Shown piece after piece: positions 52,195-64,000 of a DNA stretch of 64,000 nucleotides; position 1 is the stretch's first letter, and the number at the start of each line of letters is the position of its first letter. The position numbers and the translations under genes were made by a program. Location of the stretch: assembly GCF_964355755.1 (NCBI RefSeq), contig NC_092678.1, forward strand, positions 20,787,365 through 20,851,364, read 5' to 3'. The DNA is from Antedon mediterranea (lineage: Eukaryota; Animalia; Echinodermata). The notes under the pieces were generated by a model. It worked only from the letters and a program-made list of their open reading frames with translations. It was not told the origin of the DNA and did not search any database.

Positions 52195-55100
52195 ATGACA
52201 CAATCACAGAGAAAATCTGTGCAAAATAACGTACAATGTTCACTGCTTAATCATCAAGAAAATGATCAAGTGTTTAAGCTCTTGGGGAAAAGATGTGTTG
52301 TAAGTAAATTCGTGGGAGTGTTTATTTTTTTTTACGCCTGGCGAGCTAGGCTAGCCTCTAGCCTAGGCCTGGCAGCAGCTAAAGCTTTAGCCTAGATAAG
52401 GATAATCTCTTCCTGGTTGATTTTCTCACGGTTATTTGTGGACTATGGGTACTGAGTTTTGGCGTAGTGTACTACATGGGTCTTTTACTTCCAATGAGGT
52501 GGTGAGAATGAGTGCCAAACAAAAATAAAACAAACCAGAAATTTAAGAAATGAGACTGACTCTCTTTTTTTTAAAAAAAGACCTCCGAAAAAGGGAAAAC
52601 TTGGGGGAAACCCACATACAGTACAAAAGCACAGCTACAGTATGCAACAGACTGCTTGTATTGTGTTTGTAGGCTAGAGTATTACATCATAATTTTATCG
52701 GTAATTTGTACATACATTAATGCTTTTAACATTGTCGTAATTAATTGTAGGCCCTACTCCAAGGCCAATACCATATTATTAATATGTTTTCATCATTTTG
52801 TTATACTACTATTTGTAACTTTTTCATAATTTTAGACTCTAGCAACCTCTGTTGTTCAAGTGTTTCTGGCAAAGAGTGGAAGTTCGTGGGTAAAGCAATG
52901 TTGTGGCGTAGCGTGTTTCGTAAAAGATAACCCAAACAGATCATACTACATCCGAGTATACGATATCTTAGTAAGTACTGTATACGATATCTTAGTAGGT
53001 ACTTCCTAGCACAGCTTTTAATTAATTCATGTATTTTGCTGTAATGGTTAGGACCTCTCCCTGAGAGAGGTGCATCAGTTAAAAATAATTATTGATGCAG
53101 GGGTGCGTCAAAAATCCTAAATGATACAATGGTGTGTCAATGTCCGTCACTTTACCACCCACTACCATCATGAGCAACATGGGGTTGTGTAGTTGGTCAT
53201 ACAATTGACAATGCATTATTGTTATTCATAAATTCACATGTCATCATGTACAATGATATCTTGATCATATTTAATCATCAAGATTAGATCATCTAGTGTG
53301 CTCTATGATTGACTTTCAGAATAATCCCCATCGAGCGAAATGATTAAAATAATTTACATTTTACATCAGTAATACACATTAAATGACAAATATCTTCTTT
53401 GTAAAAGAATGTTATAGTTACTTACTCAAGATATATTGGTGACTAAGTATTTCTACAAACAATTTATCAATAAATAAAAAGATAGAGGAATGATTCACCT
53501 TGTTTTCACCAAGTGTGACGTTTAATATAAACCAGTTATTCTCTCTGTATCAAAAAGTCTTCTTTGATCGATTGATTTTTGTTTTACTGAGTGAAAGTAG
53601 AAATTGATTAATGCAGTTGTTCAAATTCTATTGTGTTAATATATTTCATGTAATAATGAGTCTTAAAATGTTGGCCTAACATGAGTCTAGACCTCAGTAT
53701 CTACAGTAGGCTGCCACCTACTACTGTATGACCTATGTAACTTTGACATGATGCGAGTTTTCTCAAGTTTACTGTACAAATATCCCGCACAAAATGTTGT
53801 TAAAGTCAGTGTTGATGAAAACCATACAGTGTACTGTATATTCTCCTGACCTAAAGTTTTAAAAAAAACTTCCTTTATTATAATTGGCAATCACACCATT
53901 TTAAACGAAACAATTTACTTTTTGTAGGTTTGTAATTCACCACATCCAAATTATAGTAGGTCTACCTGGAAACATCAATATAGCGTGTCACAGGCCCATG
54001 TACCATCATTAATCATAAAGTTAAACTAGGCTGTATCGGAGTAAACTTTTAATGATTATTTCCAATAACTAGTCATTACATACAGTATGAATTAAAGGAA
54101 TAAGTACGGAAATAGTTGTAAATTGTCATTAAAGATGGTTACGTATAAATTAAAGAAATTTAAAGGAAATCGTTGACAGTTATTGTTCAGTGAATCAGCC
54201 ATACTAACTTCTCTTATATCTCCATTATGATGCAAATTTTAAAATGTGTCATCACAAAGGGATTTCCAGTCTGTAAATTCTCTCTAATTGTTCAACAATA
54301 TCCTTACAGGTAAACGTAAAACTGTCCGGAAATGTACGTCTTATGGACTTCCTGGGCAATATTCAAAACATATCAAAGACCTTTTATTTCCATCACCTAT
54401 GATTCAATTAATATCTTACAAAAATACCGACAAAAATATACTCATTCAAAACTTTCAAAACAAACTGTCTTCCGATTGGTCTGATGGAAGTGATATTTAT
54501 TTCTTGTGACATTGTAAAACCAAACAGTTCTTAATAAACACCCTTCTGCCAAGCTGTGTTGATGTGAATATACTTTATACCTTGATATTTTTATTTGGAT
54601 TTACTGTTGATAATTGCAAGGGATGATTTCATTACTGAAAACTGTGAAATATGATATTGTAAGTTTGATATCTTTTTTTTTTTGACTTGCAAAGTTCTGT
54701 TGAAATGGTTACCTTAAGCATGTGGGATAATGTTGAGGTTTATTTAGGGGGTCATATTAGGGTGCTTTCGAATTGAGCCGACCAATCTCATGTTAATTCA
54801 TGACAAGACATTGGTATTTGCTTCCTCACTAGATTCTTGAACACAGTTTTGGAGGTTTCTAAGGTTGAGTTGACACCCAACCAACCAACACTGTCCAGGT
54901 CCTTGGAAATATTTCATTTTTTCAACTTCAAATTTATTTTCAAATAGTAATTGTTGCAATGATCCACCCATATTTGGAAGAGAGGTGTAGGGCAAGACAG
55001 TGTCCAGGTACTTGAAAATAGCTCCCCATTCAAGTTCAAATTTATTGTCAAATACATACAGTAGTAATTGAAATGTGTTGCAATGATCCACCCATATTTG

Positions 55101-58100
55101 GAAGAGAGGGGGAGGGCGAAACACTTTCCAGGTCCTTGAAAATAGCTCCTTATTGTTCAAGTTCAAATTTATTGTCAAATACGTAGTAATTGAAATTTAT
55201 TGCAATGATCCACCCATATTTGGAAGAGAGGGGGAGGGCAACACACTGGAGGTCCTTGAATAGCTTCATATTTTTGCAATAATCCACCCATACTTTCGGA
55301 ATATTTCAACAGAACATTGCATGTAAAATATATATTTTCTTCATTTTATTTAACTAAACATTATTTTATAGAAAAATCTTATGGTTTGGGAACAAGAGCT
55401 TTACAATCAATTTAAGTACAAGAAACCAAGACCATTTTTTCATACATTTTCTACAGATGTAAGTAAAACGTGGTTGGTCACTGGAAAATAATGGAGAGTT
55501 ACTGTAGCTGGATTATTGATTTCCTTTGTTTATTTTATTGATCAGCTTAGAAACAATACCATAACAACAAAGGAAAATGAAAAAATCCTGACACTTACAA
55601 GTTTTTGTATAAAAATGTATTTTTTTGTAATAATTAGATGTAATGTTTGTCTGAAGTTTAGAGTGATACAGATACTATATATTTATTATCCAATTATTAT
55701 ATAATTTCCTTCTTTGCACTGAAGAAGAGCTAGATGCTCTGCAATTTATTTTTGGCTGTTCTACTTTATTGTTTGATTTTAAGCTATTTGCTTTTTTTAA
55801 TTTGTATCTCCATTGAGATCCAGACACTGATACCCACAGCATGATCATTTTTCAGTAATTTGCCTTTAGATTAATATAATTATATATAGTATTAATTATA
55901 GTATATTTATATATATATTTTCATTTTTAGACCTGCTGGGCAGGACTGAATTTCGCAAGTGACCTAGAAGCGGAAAACTTTGGTGGTGTTATTTTAGAAA
56001 AGATCAGCTTAAAACAGCAAAGACGAGGTACAGTATTATAAACAGTTTTGTCAATTTCTCTTTAGTTAGCGACACAACTATTGATGGAACATCCCTATCA
56101 AGGGTACATTTTCATGTGAAATGAAGGAAGAGAAAATATATGTGTCTACACTATGGCCAACCCCTATTCAGGGGATACTTTGTTGTGTTCCGAAGGGGGT
56201 TCCTTAATAGATCTTCTACTGGAACTTAAAAATGACTATAGTAGTAAACGAAATCTTGAAGCTGACGAGCTATTACAAGACTGAAATACTTGGAGAAGAT
56301 TTCTTAAATACCAGTAGCAGACCCGTACCATAAAGTTGGGGAGGTCGTTTTCATGACAGACTCGGAATACAGACCTGAATATTGGTGTATACATAGATTT
56401 GAAGAAATTTAAATATTGTTGCTGGATTGTCTGTTTTAATTGCTTCTTGAGTCACCGTTGTTGAGCACTTTCTATCTTTATTGTTAATACTTCCTTGAAT
56501 ACAACACAAGATATCTTAAAGGCCCATTTACACTAGGACGATAACGATGGACGATAAATATATAAACATGCATTTTTTTTACATAAAACAAAATAAATTA
56601 GAAAGGTTTTCGTTCTAGAACTATAGGATAATTATTTAGGCTGTCTTTGATAAAAATAATATTTTTAAAATTCCAATCAAATGACGTCATGATAAATAAA
56701 AACAATAAAATCGTTGTATTGTCACGATATTATTGCTCTTACTAATCATGACGTCATTTGATTGGACGTGTGAAAATATCATTTTCATCAAAGGAAGCAT
56801 AGAAGGTTATTCTATAGTTCTAGAATGAACAGTTTTTAAATTTCTTTTGTTTTATGTATGAAAAATGCACATTTGTCTATTTATCGTCGATCGTTATCGT
56901 CCTAGTGTGAATGGGCCTTTAATCATTAATATTATGCAGTGTTTTTAAGTTTCTCACAACTTCCTTCTTCCTAAACACAGACAAACGTCGACAGGCGCCA
57001 CCAGTTCCTCCAAGTAACCAAGGATCGAACGCTCCTCCTCCATTGCCTGGTAAGTCCATAATTTCCTCAACAATTTCCTAAATTTCTTAGCATGACAACT
57101 GTCCGTTATTAATTAGGTATTTTGTGTCTTTTATAATGATTTTACATTATTTTTAAATGAAAAATGAAAACAAATTTAGTAAAAATAAAGTCATAATTGC
57201 AAATTCAGTTTTCTTACTTTTGTTTTTAAGTTTTATTTAAGATGAAATAAAGAATTAGCATAATAAGTTTAGCATTCACGGATAATCACAACATTTATTT
57301 TTTATAAAATTTGAGATATTACATTCTTGTTCATGTGATTAGACAGTCACATGACAGCAGCTCAATGAGGTCAGCCTAGAGTGTAGAAGAATTTATATCA
57401 TGCAAACTCCGTAAATTATAAATTTCATTTATAATTTAAATAACTGTATTTTCTTTAATAACCAATGCGACATTTCACGCTCCATATTTGATTATTTAAC
57501 CATCAACTTCTTCAGTTCATCGAAGTAAATCGGTGCACGCACCTTCACGTCCCGCACCTAGACTGAGTTCTTCCCCAAGTTTACGAGGTACAGTACGACC
57601 CCAATAGGCTGCTATGCTATTAGTAGTCTTGCTTGTGCTTAAGTATATTTCAAGTTTTGCATTCTAGCTTCATGGAGACTCTTTTATTGTTTTATGTTTG
57701 TGACTGTGTGTGTGTGTTTTTATGCACTGTGTGAGGTTTGTGGGCGTGTACCTACAGTACTGTGTATGCTTCTTTCGACATTTGATAGCCAGTTGTTTCT
57801 GACATGTTTGCGCGTGTGTGTATTTTTGTTTTTACATATTACCTTACCCTCTATAGGACATTAAGTTGGGTGATTGAGATGTGGAGCGAAGTATCCAGGT
57901 TTGTGTATGGTATGCTATGTAAGGACGTTTTGCGTGTATGATTTGAGGGAGGAAACTCTATGGAGTTGGGAGGGCCGGCCCTGAGGTTGGGGAGAAGCAT
58001 AGCCTGTTGGAATGCTACAGTATGTAAGGGTATTGTACATGTTGTAGAACTTGAGTGAGGACACCCTGGGGAGATGGGAGAGAAATAGCCTATTGGTATG

Positions 58101-61100
58101 CTATTTAAGGACGTTGCGTGCATGTGGGGGCACCCTGCAAAGGGGGAGACAGCCCAGGGGTTGGGGAGAGACAGCCTGTTTTTATGCTATGTAAGGGTAT
58201 TGTACATGTTGTATAACTTGAGGGAGGACACCCTGGGGAGATGGGAGAGATAGCCCAGGGGTTGGGGAGAGAAAGCCTGTTTTTATGCTATGTAAGGGTA
58301 TTGTATTGTACATGTTGTATAACTTGAGGGAGGACACCCTTGGGAGATGGGAGGACACCCTTGGGAGATGGGAGAGAGATAGCCTGTTGGTATACTATAT
58401 AATGGCATTGTACATGTTGTATAACTTAAGAGAGGAGACCCTTGGGAGATGGGAGAGAGATAGCCTGTTGTGGTATACTATGTAATGGCATTGTACATGT
58501 TGTATAACTTAAGAGAGGAGACCCTTGGGAGATGGGAGAGAGATAGCCTGTTGTGGTATACTATGTAATGGCATTGTACATGTTGTATAACTTAAGAGAG
58601 GAGACCCTTGGGAGATGGGAGAGAGATAGCCTGTTGTGGTATACTATGTAATGGCATTGTACATGTTGTATAACTTAAGAGAGGAGACCCTTGGGAGATG
58701 GGAGAGAGATAGCCTGTTGTGGTATACTATATAATGGCATTGTACATGTTGTATAACTTAAGAGAGGACACCCTTGGGAGATGGGAGAGAGATAGCCTGT
58801 TGTGGTATACTATGTAATGGCATTGTACTGTACATGTTGTATAACTTAAGAGAGGACACCCTGGGGAGATGGGAGAGAGATAGCCTGTTGGTATGCTATG
58901 TAATGGCATTGTACATGTTGTATAACTTAAGAGAGGACACCCTTGGGAGATGGGAGAGAGATAGCCTGTTGTGGTATACTACATAATGGCATTGTACATG
59001 TTGTATAACTTAAGAGAGGACACCCTTGGGAGATGGGAGAGAGATAGCCTGTTGGTATGCTATGTAATGGCATTGTACATGTTGTATAACTTAAGAGAGG
59101 ACACCCTTGGGAGATGGGAGAGAGATAGCCTGTTGTGGTATACTATGTAATGGCATTGTACATGTTGTATAACTTAAGAGAGGACACCCTTGGGAGATGG
59201 GAGAGAGATAGCCTGTTGGTATGCTATGTAATGGCATTGTACATGTTGTATAACTTACGAGAGGACACCCTTGGGAGATGGGAGAGAGATAGCCTGTTGG
59301 TATACTACATAATGGCATTGTATATGTTGTATAACTTAAGAGAGGACACGCTTGGGAGATGGGAGAGAGATAGCATGTTGGTATGCTATGTAATGGCATT
59401 GTACATGTTGTATAACTTAAGAGAGGACACCCTTGGGAGATGGGAGAGAGATAGCCTGTTGGTATACTATATAATGGCATTGTACATGTTGTATAACTTA
59501 AGAGAGGACACCCTTGGGAGATGGGAGAGAGATAGCCTGTTGTGGTATACTATGTAATGGCATTGTACATGTTGTATAACTTAAGAGAGGAGACCCTTGG
59601 GAGATGGGAGAGAGATAGCCTGTTGGTATGCTATGTAATGGCATTGTACATGTTGTATAACTTAAGAGAGGAGACCCTTGGGAGATGGGAGAGAGATAGC
59701 CTGTTGGTATACTATATAATGGCATTGTACATGTTGTATAACTTAAGAGAGGACACCCTGGGGAGATGGGAGAGAGATAGCCTGTTGTGGTATACTATGT
59801 AATGGCATTGTACATGTTGTATAACTTAAGAGAGGAGACCCTGGGGAGATGGGAGAGAGATAGCCTGTTGTGGTATACTATGTAATGGCATTGTACATGT
59901 TGTATAACTTAAGAGAGGACACCCTTGGGAGATGGGAGAGAGATAGCCTGTTGGTATACTATATAATGGCATTGTACATGTTGTATAACTTAAGAGAGGA
60001 CACCCTTGGGAGATGGGAGAGAGATAGCCTGTTGTGGTATACTATGTAATGGCATTGTACATGTTGTATAACTTAAGAGAGGACACCCTGGGGAGATGGG
60101 AGAGAGATAGCCTGTTGGTATGCTATGTAATGGCGTTGCATACATTTGGGGGCACCCTGCGAAGGGGTAGACAGCCCAGGGGTTGGGGAGAATTAGCCTG
60201 TTTGTATGTTTTGTCTTGTATAAATGTCTCTATAGTTTGTTTTGTCGTTCTCCATTTCAACAAGTTATATATTTATTCAGACAGTTCTAACAGGTGTTCC
60301 TACAGACTGCTGTGTTTATTTAACTGTGTGGGATTTGCTACTCAATCCCACAAGATTATCGTCATACCATTGTCTTGGTTTTTTAATAACTACTACTCTT
60401 TCAAGATAAAAACAAATGTCATACTTATGTTATATAATGTATTAATTAAATTATATTATTGATTTTGCTTCATTTTTATTATTGCATGATTTTATTTTTG
60501 TGCATGTTTGAATGTTTTGTTTTTATTTATTATTTTTAGATTGTAGATTTTTTTTTGTAAATTTTATTTGTATGTTACAATAGAATTCCTCTGGAACATA
60601 CCCCTATTATGGGGACACTATCACATACGGATGAATGGTCATATATGTTTGAATACTTAAAGGCAAACCTCTATTCAGGGCAAACCTCTATTAAGGGGAC
60701 ACTGCGTTGAAAAGGTCCATAAATACTGTATACTGATTATTTTCTTATATTTATATTAAGAACTTTAGAGAAATTTAATTATTAAATATCTAGATTTTTT
60801 TTTTCATTTTGTTTAAAATAATTAATTAGTTTAGACCTCAAATTTGCTTAATACTGGTGTATATGCGCTAAAGTGCTAGAAACATTTTAAAATAAAAATA
60901 GCGAACTTTAAAATTAGAAAATAAAGGTAGAAGATATTACTGCTTATAAACTGGAGGAAATAAGCATAACAGTCAATTTCGCAACCTATATTATGATACC
61001 TTAGAAATTAGAATAGCAAATGTCAATTTATTGTTTGCTACAATGCAACCTAACCATACCAAATCTAATGTCTGCACTATAATTTAGGAGTTTTTTAAAT

Positions 61101-63783
61101 TTTATTTTCATGATATTGTAAAATTAATGGTTAAGGCAAAAACCACTCAAGGTTGTTCGAATTCTTCCACCATATTTATGGGCTATCCTTGGGGTTTATA
61201 ACCCAGTTGACAGTGGCAGTATACCCATATGCCTGTTTTGTTGTTTTCAAAGTTGGTGGACTTATCTGAAAGTTGTTACTTATACAAATTTTACAATGAG
61301 AATGAATTGCTTCTTTGTAAAATGAATCTTTATATTTATATTATCTATTTTTTCATCAGAGGTACATCACACACCAAACCAGATATCAAATGACAATAAT
61401 AAAGAAAAGAAAGGAACAAAGAAAAAGGACAAAAAGAAAAGCAAAATTACCAAAGCTGATATTGGGCTTCCATCAAACTTCCAGTAAGACTTTATTTTTA
61501 AAACTACTTTAAGTTTAGTATAATGCAGTTAGTACGTAGTCCTAGACTAGCTCAGCTTTCTAGGCCTACTTTAGCCAGTAAGACTTTATTTTTAAAACTA
61601 CTATAAGTTTAGTATAATGCAGTTAGTACGTAGTCCTAGACTAGCTCAGCTTTCTAGGCCTACTTTAGCCAGTAAACTTTATTTGCTAGGCCAGGCTAGC
61701 TATAGAGCCGGTAATTTATAGGAGCAAATAGTTATTATCGCAATTGAAATAACAACAGTATACTCTTCATTCTGAAAATATTGAAACAAAGTGTAGACTG
61801 ACAAAGACATTTTTTTTTATTTTCATAGACATGTCAGCCATGTTGGATGGGATCCTGACAAGGGATTTGATGTAAGTAATGATAATCTATATGTCAACAA
61901 TAACAACAACAAAAATGGATTAACGGTAACAACCCTATAAGTAGTGGAACAGTAGCTTGGTGGTTATTAACATGCTTTCCTTCCAATCCAAGGTCTAGGG
62001 TTCAATCTTGACATAGTGCCAGGGTTGTTGTAATTCACAGATCTTTCTATTCTTCCTAAGCCTAAAGCTCTGTCTACACTATCAAACTTTATGGTTCAAA
62101 ATAATATAATTTTTTTTTTAGACTAACAATATGGATCCGTCAGTGAAGGGATGGTTTCAGTCAATTGGAGTGACGGAAGCCTTATTGAAAGACAAGAACA
62201 CAGCTAAATTCATTAATGACTTTATTGAGGAACATGGAGGAATTGAAGCCGTCAAAAAGGAAGCAGAGCGTGCCAAACCAGGTCAGTTTATTTTTTGATT
62301 TTCTTTATTATTTCTTTTTTTATTTTATTTATGTCTTTAGGCACATGTGCCCAAGAATTACCATAGTAAATTAATCACTGTCCTGTCAGATAGATTCATT
62401 CCTTAAGTATCTTAAAATTATTAAAAGTATAAGATTGATTTTTCAGAAATCAAATACTAAACTAACTATTTTAAATGTGTTGTTTGATGCGCAGAACTTT
62501 TACAAATATATGTATATATCGTAAATCTATTTGATCCTTATGTACTGTAACTATGAATATTCTACTTTTTTATCTTTACAGAATTGCCACCCCCACCACC
62601 ACCATCAGATCGGCACCCTCGTCGAGACGGTGGAATGCCTCCTCCTGCACCACCATCACGCCGAGACTTACCTCCCCCTCCTCCCCAGAGAGACACCAGA
62701 GCTAGCCCAAGACCCCAAAGAGCACCAGCTCCACGTCCACCTTCTTCATCCTCAAGAGGGCTTCCTCCTTTACCACCACCAAGCATGAATCAACCTCCCC
62801 CGATCACAAGACCATCACGTGGACCACCACCTCCTTCCGGTGGTGGCGGCGGTCCTCCTCCACCACCACCACCGCCTCCACCATCTGTTGGAGCAGCACC
62901 TCCACCACCACCTGTACCATCAGCAGGAGCACCATCTATGGGTGGTGGTGGTGGCGGCGGCGGAGGAGGAGGAGGCAGAGGTGATCTCTTGAGTCAGATT
63001 CAACAAGGCAAAGAGTTAAAAGCAGTAGAGCCTAACAGTAGTACACCTAGAGGAGCATTACTTGATCAAATCAGAGGTGGAAAGAAGCTAAAGAAGGTAA
63101 GAAGTTCATTATGTGTTAAATTTATTGCTGACCCATACAATTGAATTTGGGCCTGCTGTTAATGCTACAATGGGGTCAGTTGAAACTAAGGACGATCGCA
63201 GCATCCTCTGGTTTTAAAACGTTTATTGCACAAGGTTTTTAATCAAAACTTACAGATTTATGTTGATGACCTATTTGAATGCCAGATGATCTTCTAGCGT
63301 TTAAACCATTTATTTATTTATTATTTGACCTCTTCAGTCAAAGACTGGTCTCCCAGATACGATCGGTAACTGTGAGGGACAGTGCCTGTGTGTGTGTGTA
63401 CACTTGGATAACCCCTACATGTCTCGAAAGATGTACATGAGGTAGATGTGTACACTGGTCCTACTGTTTATAGTCCTTATCTTAGAAGACTCGTTCTACC
63501 ATCAGAACCATGAAGTGAGTGAGCCTCGAACCCTTGCCGATGTTATGGCTACGTAATTAAGGTTCCACTTTCTTAAACGCTCTGCCACTCACTCGCTCAT
63601 TGACTATTGTATACAATTATTGATTTAAAAAAATAAATATTTAATTTTACTTGAAAAAACTTGCATCGTGTCAGGTGACTGACGACCGAGCTTCAGTGGC
63701 CAAGTCACCGCTTGAGTCTATCAATGATTTAGGCAGTTTGTTGAGCAAAGCTCTTGACGACCGAAAGAAGGCTATTCAGTCAG
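52195..63783 (+). CDS. WASL: Neural Wiskott-Aldrich syndrome protein (N-WASP/WASP family); final acidic exon lies beyond the window
   Basis: Exons 52195-52299, 52836-52970, 55372-55458, 55931-56027, 56981-57049, (57516-57587 optional), 61360-61483, 61829-61871, 62122-62281, 62582-63096, 63675-63783. WH1 (CGVACFVKDNPNRSYYIR, WEQELYNQF, AGLNFASDLEAENF), basic region, CRIB (ADIGLPSNFQHVSHVGWDP), polyproline, two WH2 motifs (RGDLLSQIQQGKELKAV; RGALLDQIRGGKKLKKV) and C region (LSKALDDRKKAIQS). Confidence 0.93.
54890..55295. repeat. Diverged tandem repeat, ~110-125 bp x ~3.5
   Basis: Repeated ttgcaatgatccacccatatttggaagagagg and ccaggtccttg...caaatttatt. Confidence 0.85.
56520..56918. mobile_element. 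399-bp foldback MITE flanked by TTAA
   Basis: aggcccatttacactaggacgataacgat / atcgttatcgtcctagtgtgaatgggcct; imperfect inverted symmetry over the whole length; TTAA at 56516-56519 and 56919-56922. Confidence 0.9.
57870..60205. repeat. Intronic minisatellite, 81/83-bp unit, ~22 homogeneous copies (58340-60135) with degenerate flanking units
   Basis: Unit atggcattgtacatgttgtataacttaagagagga(c/g)acccttgggagatgggagagagatagcctgtt(gt)ggtatactatgta. Confidence 0.97.
61481..61680 (+). repeat. 94-bp tandem duplication beginning at a WASP splice donor
   Basis: 61481-61574 and 61575-61668 are nearly identical; a third partial start follows at 61669. Confidence 0.92.
61942..62040 (+). mobile_element. 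Degenerate tRNA-derived SINE head
   Basis: tagcttggtgg (A box) and gggttcaatc (B box); similar to the reverse complement of 50829-50946. Confidence 0.55.
63309..63598 (-). mobile_element. Near full-length tRNA-derived SINE with a Deu-domain-like core and (TAAA)n tail
   Basis: Reverse strand: A box tggcagagcgt, B box ggttcgaggc, core ggactataaacagtagg...tttcgagacatgtaggggttatcc, tail actgaagaggtcaaataataaataaa; second copy at 6064-6258. Confidence 0.8.
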
Positions 63784-64000
63784 GTAAACTAAGCGGTATC
63801 ATCGCGTCGATGTTGTTCCACCCTCATACTGCTAGCTTACGCCACGCTTTTTACATTTTTACTTTGTCACATTGGTGTTTGTTTCTGCTTTAATCATACA
63901 ATCATGAAATTCATCATATTTTTATCGTGTTGTGGTATTAAATTTATTGTAAATGCCTTACTGGTGTATATATATATTATAGCCTGCTGTGGTGGGCGAT

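Noticed and set aside
54798-55178. 126-aa minus-strand ORF
   Set aside because: Coincides with a diverged tandem repeat in a WASP intron.
58285-60462. Repetitive 27-aa ORFs (MALYMLYNLREDTLGRWERDSLL...) or a CRISPR-like array
   Set aside because: These are translations of an intronic minisatellite. The 83-bp variants break the frame and there are no unique spacers.
63784-63893. ORF continuation as the true WASP C-terminus
   Set aside because: It lacks the acidic/Trp motif, and a good donor at 63783 indicates a final exon beyond the window.

Overview
AT-rich, intron-rich eukaryotic (metazoan) genomic DNA, probably an invertebrate deuterostome such as an echinoderm (inferred, not proven). I assembled three spliced genes by hand, each with consistent GT-AG junctions and phases. 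(1) A TSGA13-family gene on the minus strand (8 coding exons, 22799->1490, ~518 aa). (2) Head-to-head with it, a CTTNBP2 (cortactin-binding protein 2) orthologue on the plus strand (21 coding exons, 26615-48247, ~1462 aa; CortBP2 coiled coil, Pro-rich motif, ankyrin repeats, NAV/McrB-like AAA+ domain). (3) An N-WASP/WASP gene (52195 to beyond the window end). Introns contain MITEs, a 2.1-kb hAT-like element with a 5-bp TSD, tRNA-derived SINEs, an 81/83-bp minisatellite and local duplications. The most notable signal is a reading-frame splice switch in CTTNBP2. Two competing donors plus intron read-through reproduce the mammalian short/long/intron isoform architecture, and a candidate 25-nt frame-toggling microexon lies in the same intron. 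No prokaryotic-type systems or CRISPR arrays were found. All homology calls are from remembered motifs, not database searches.
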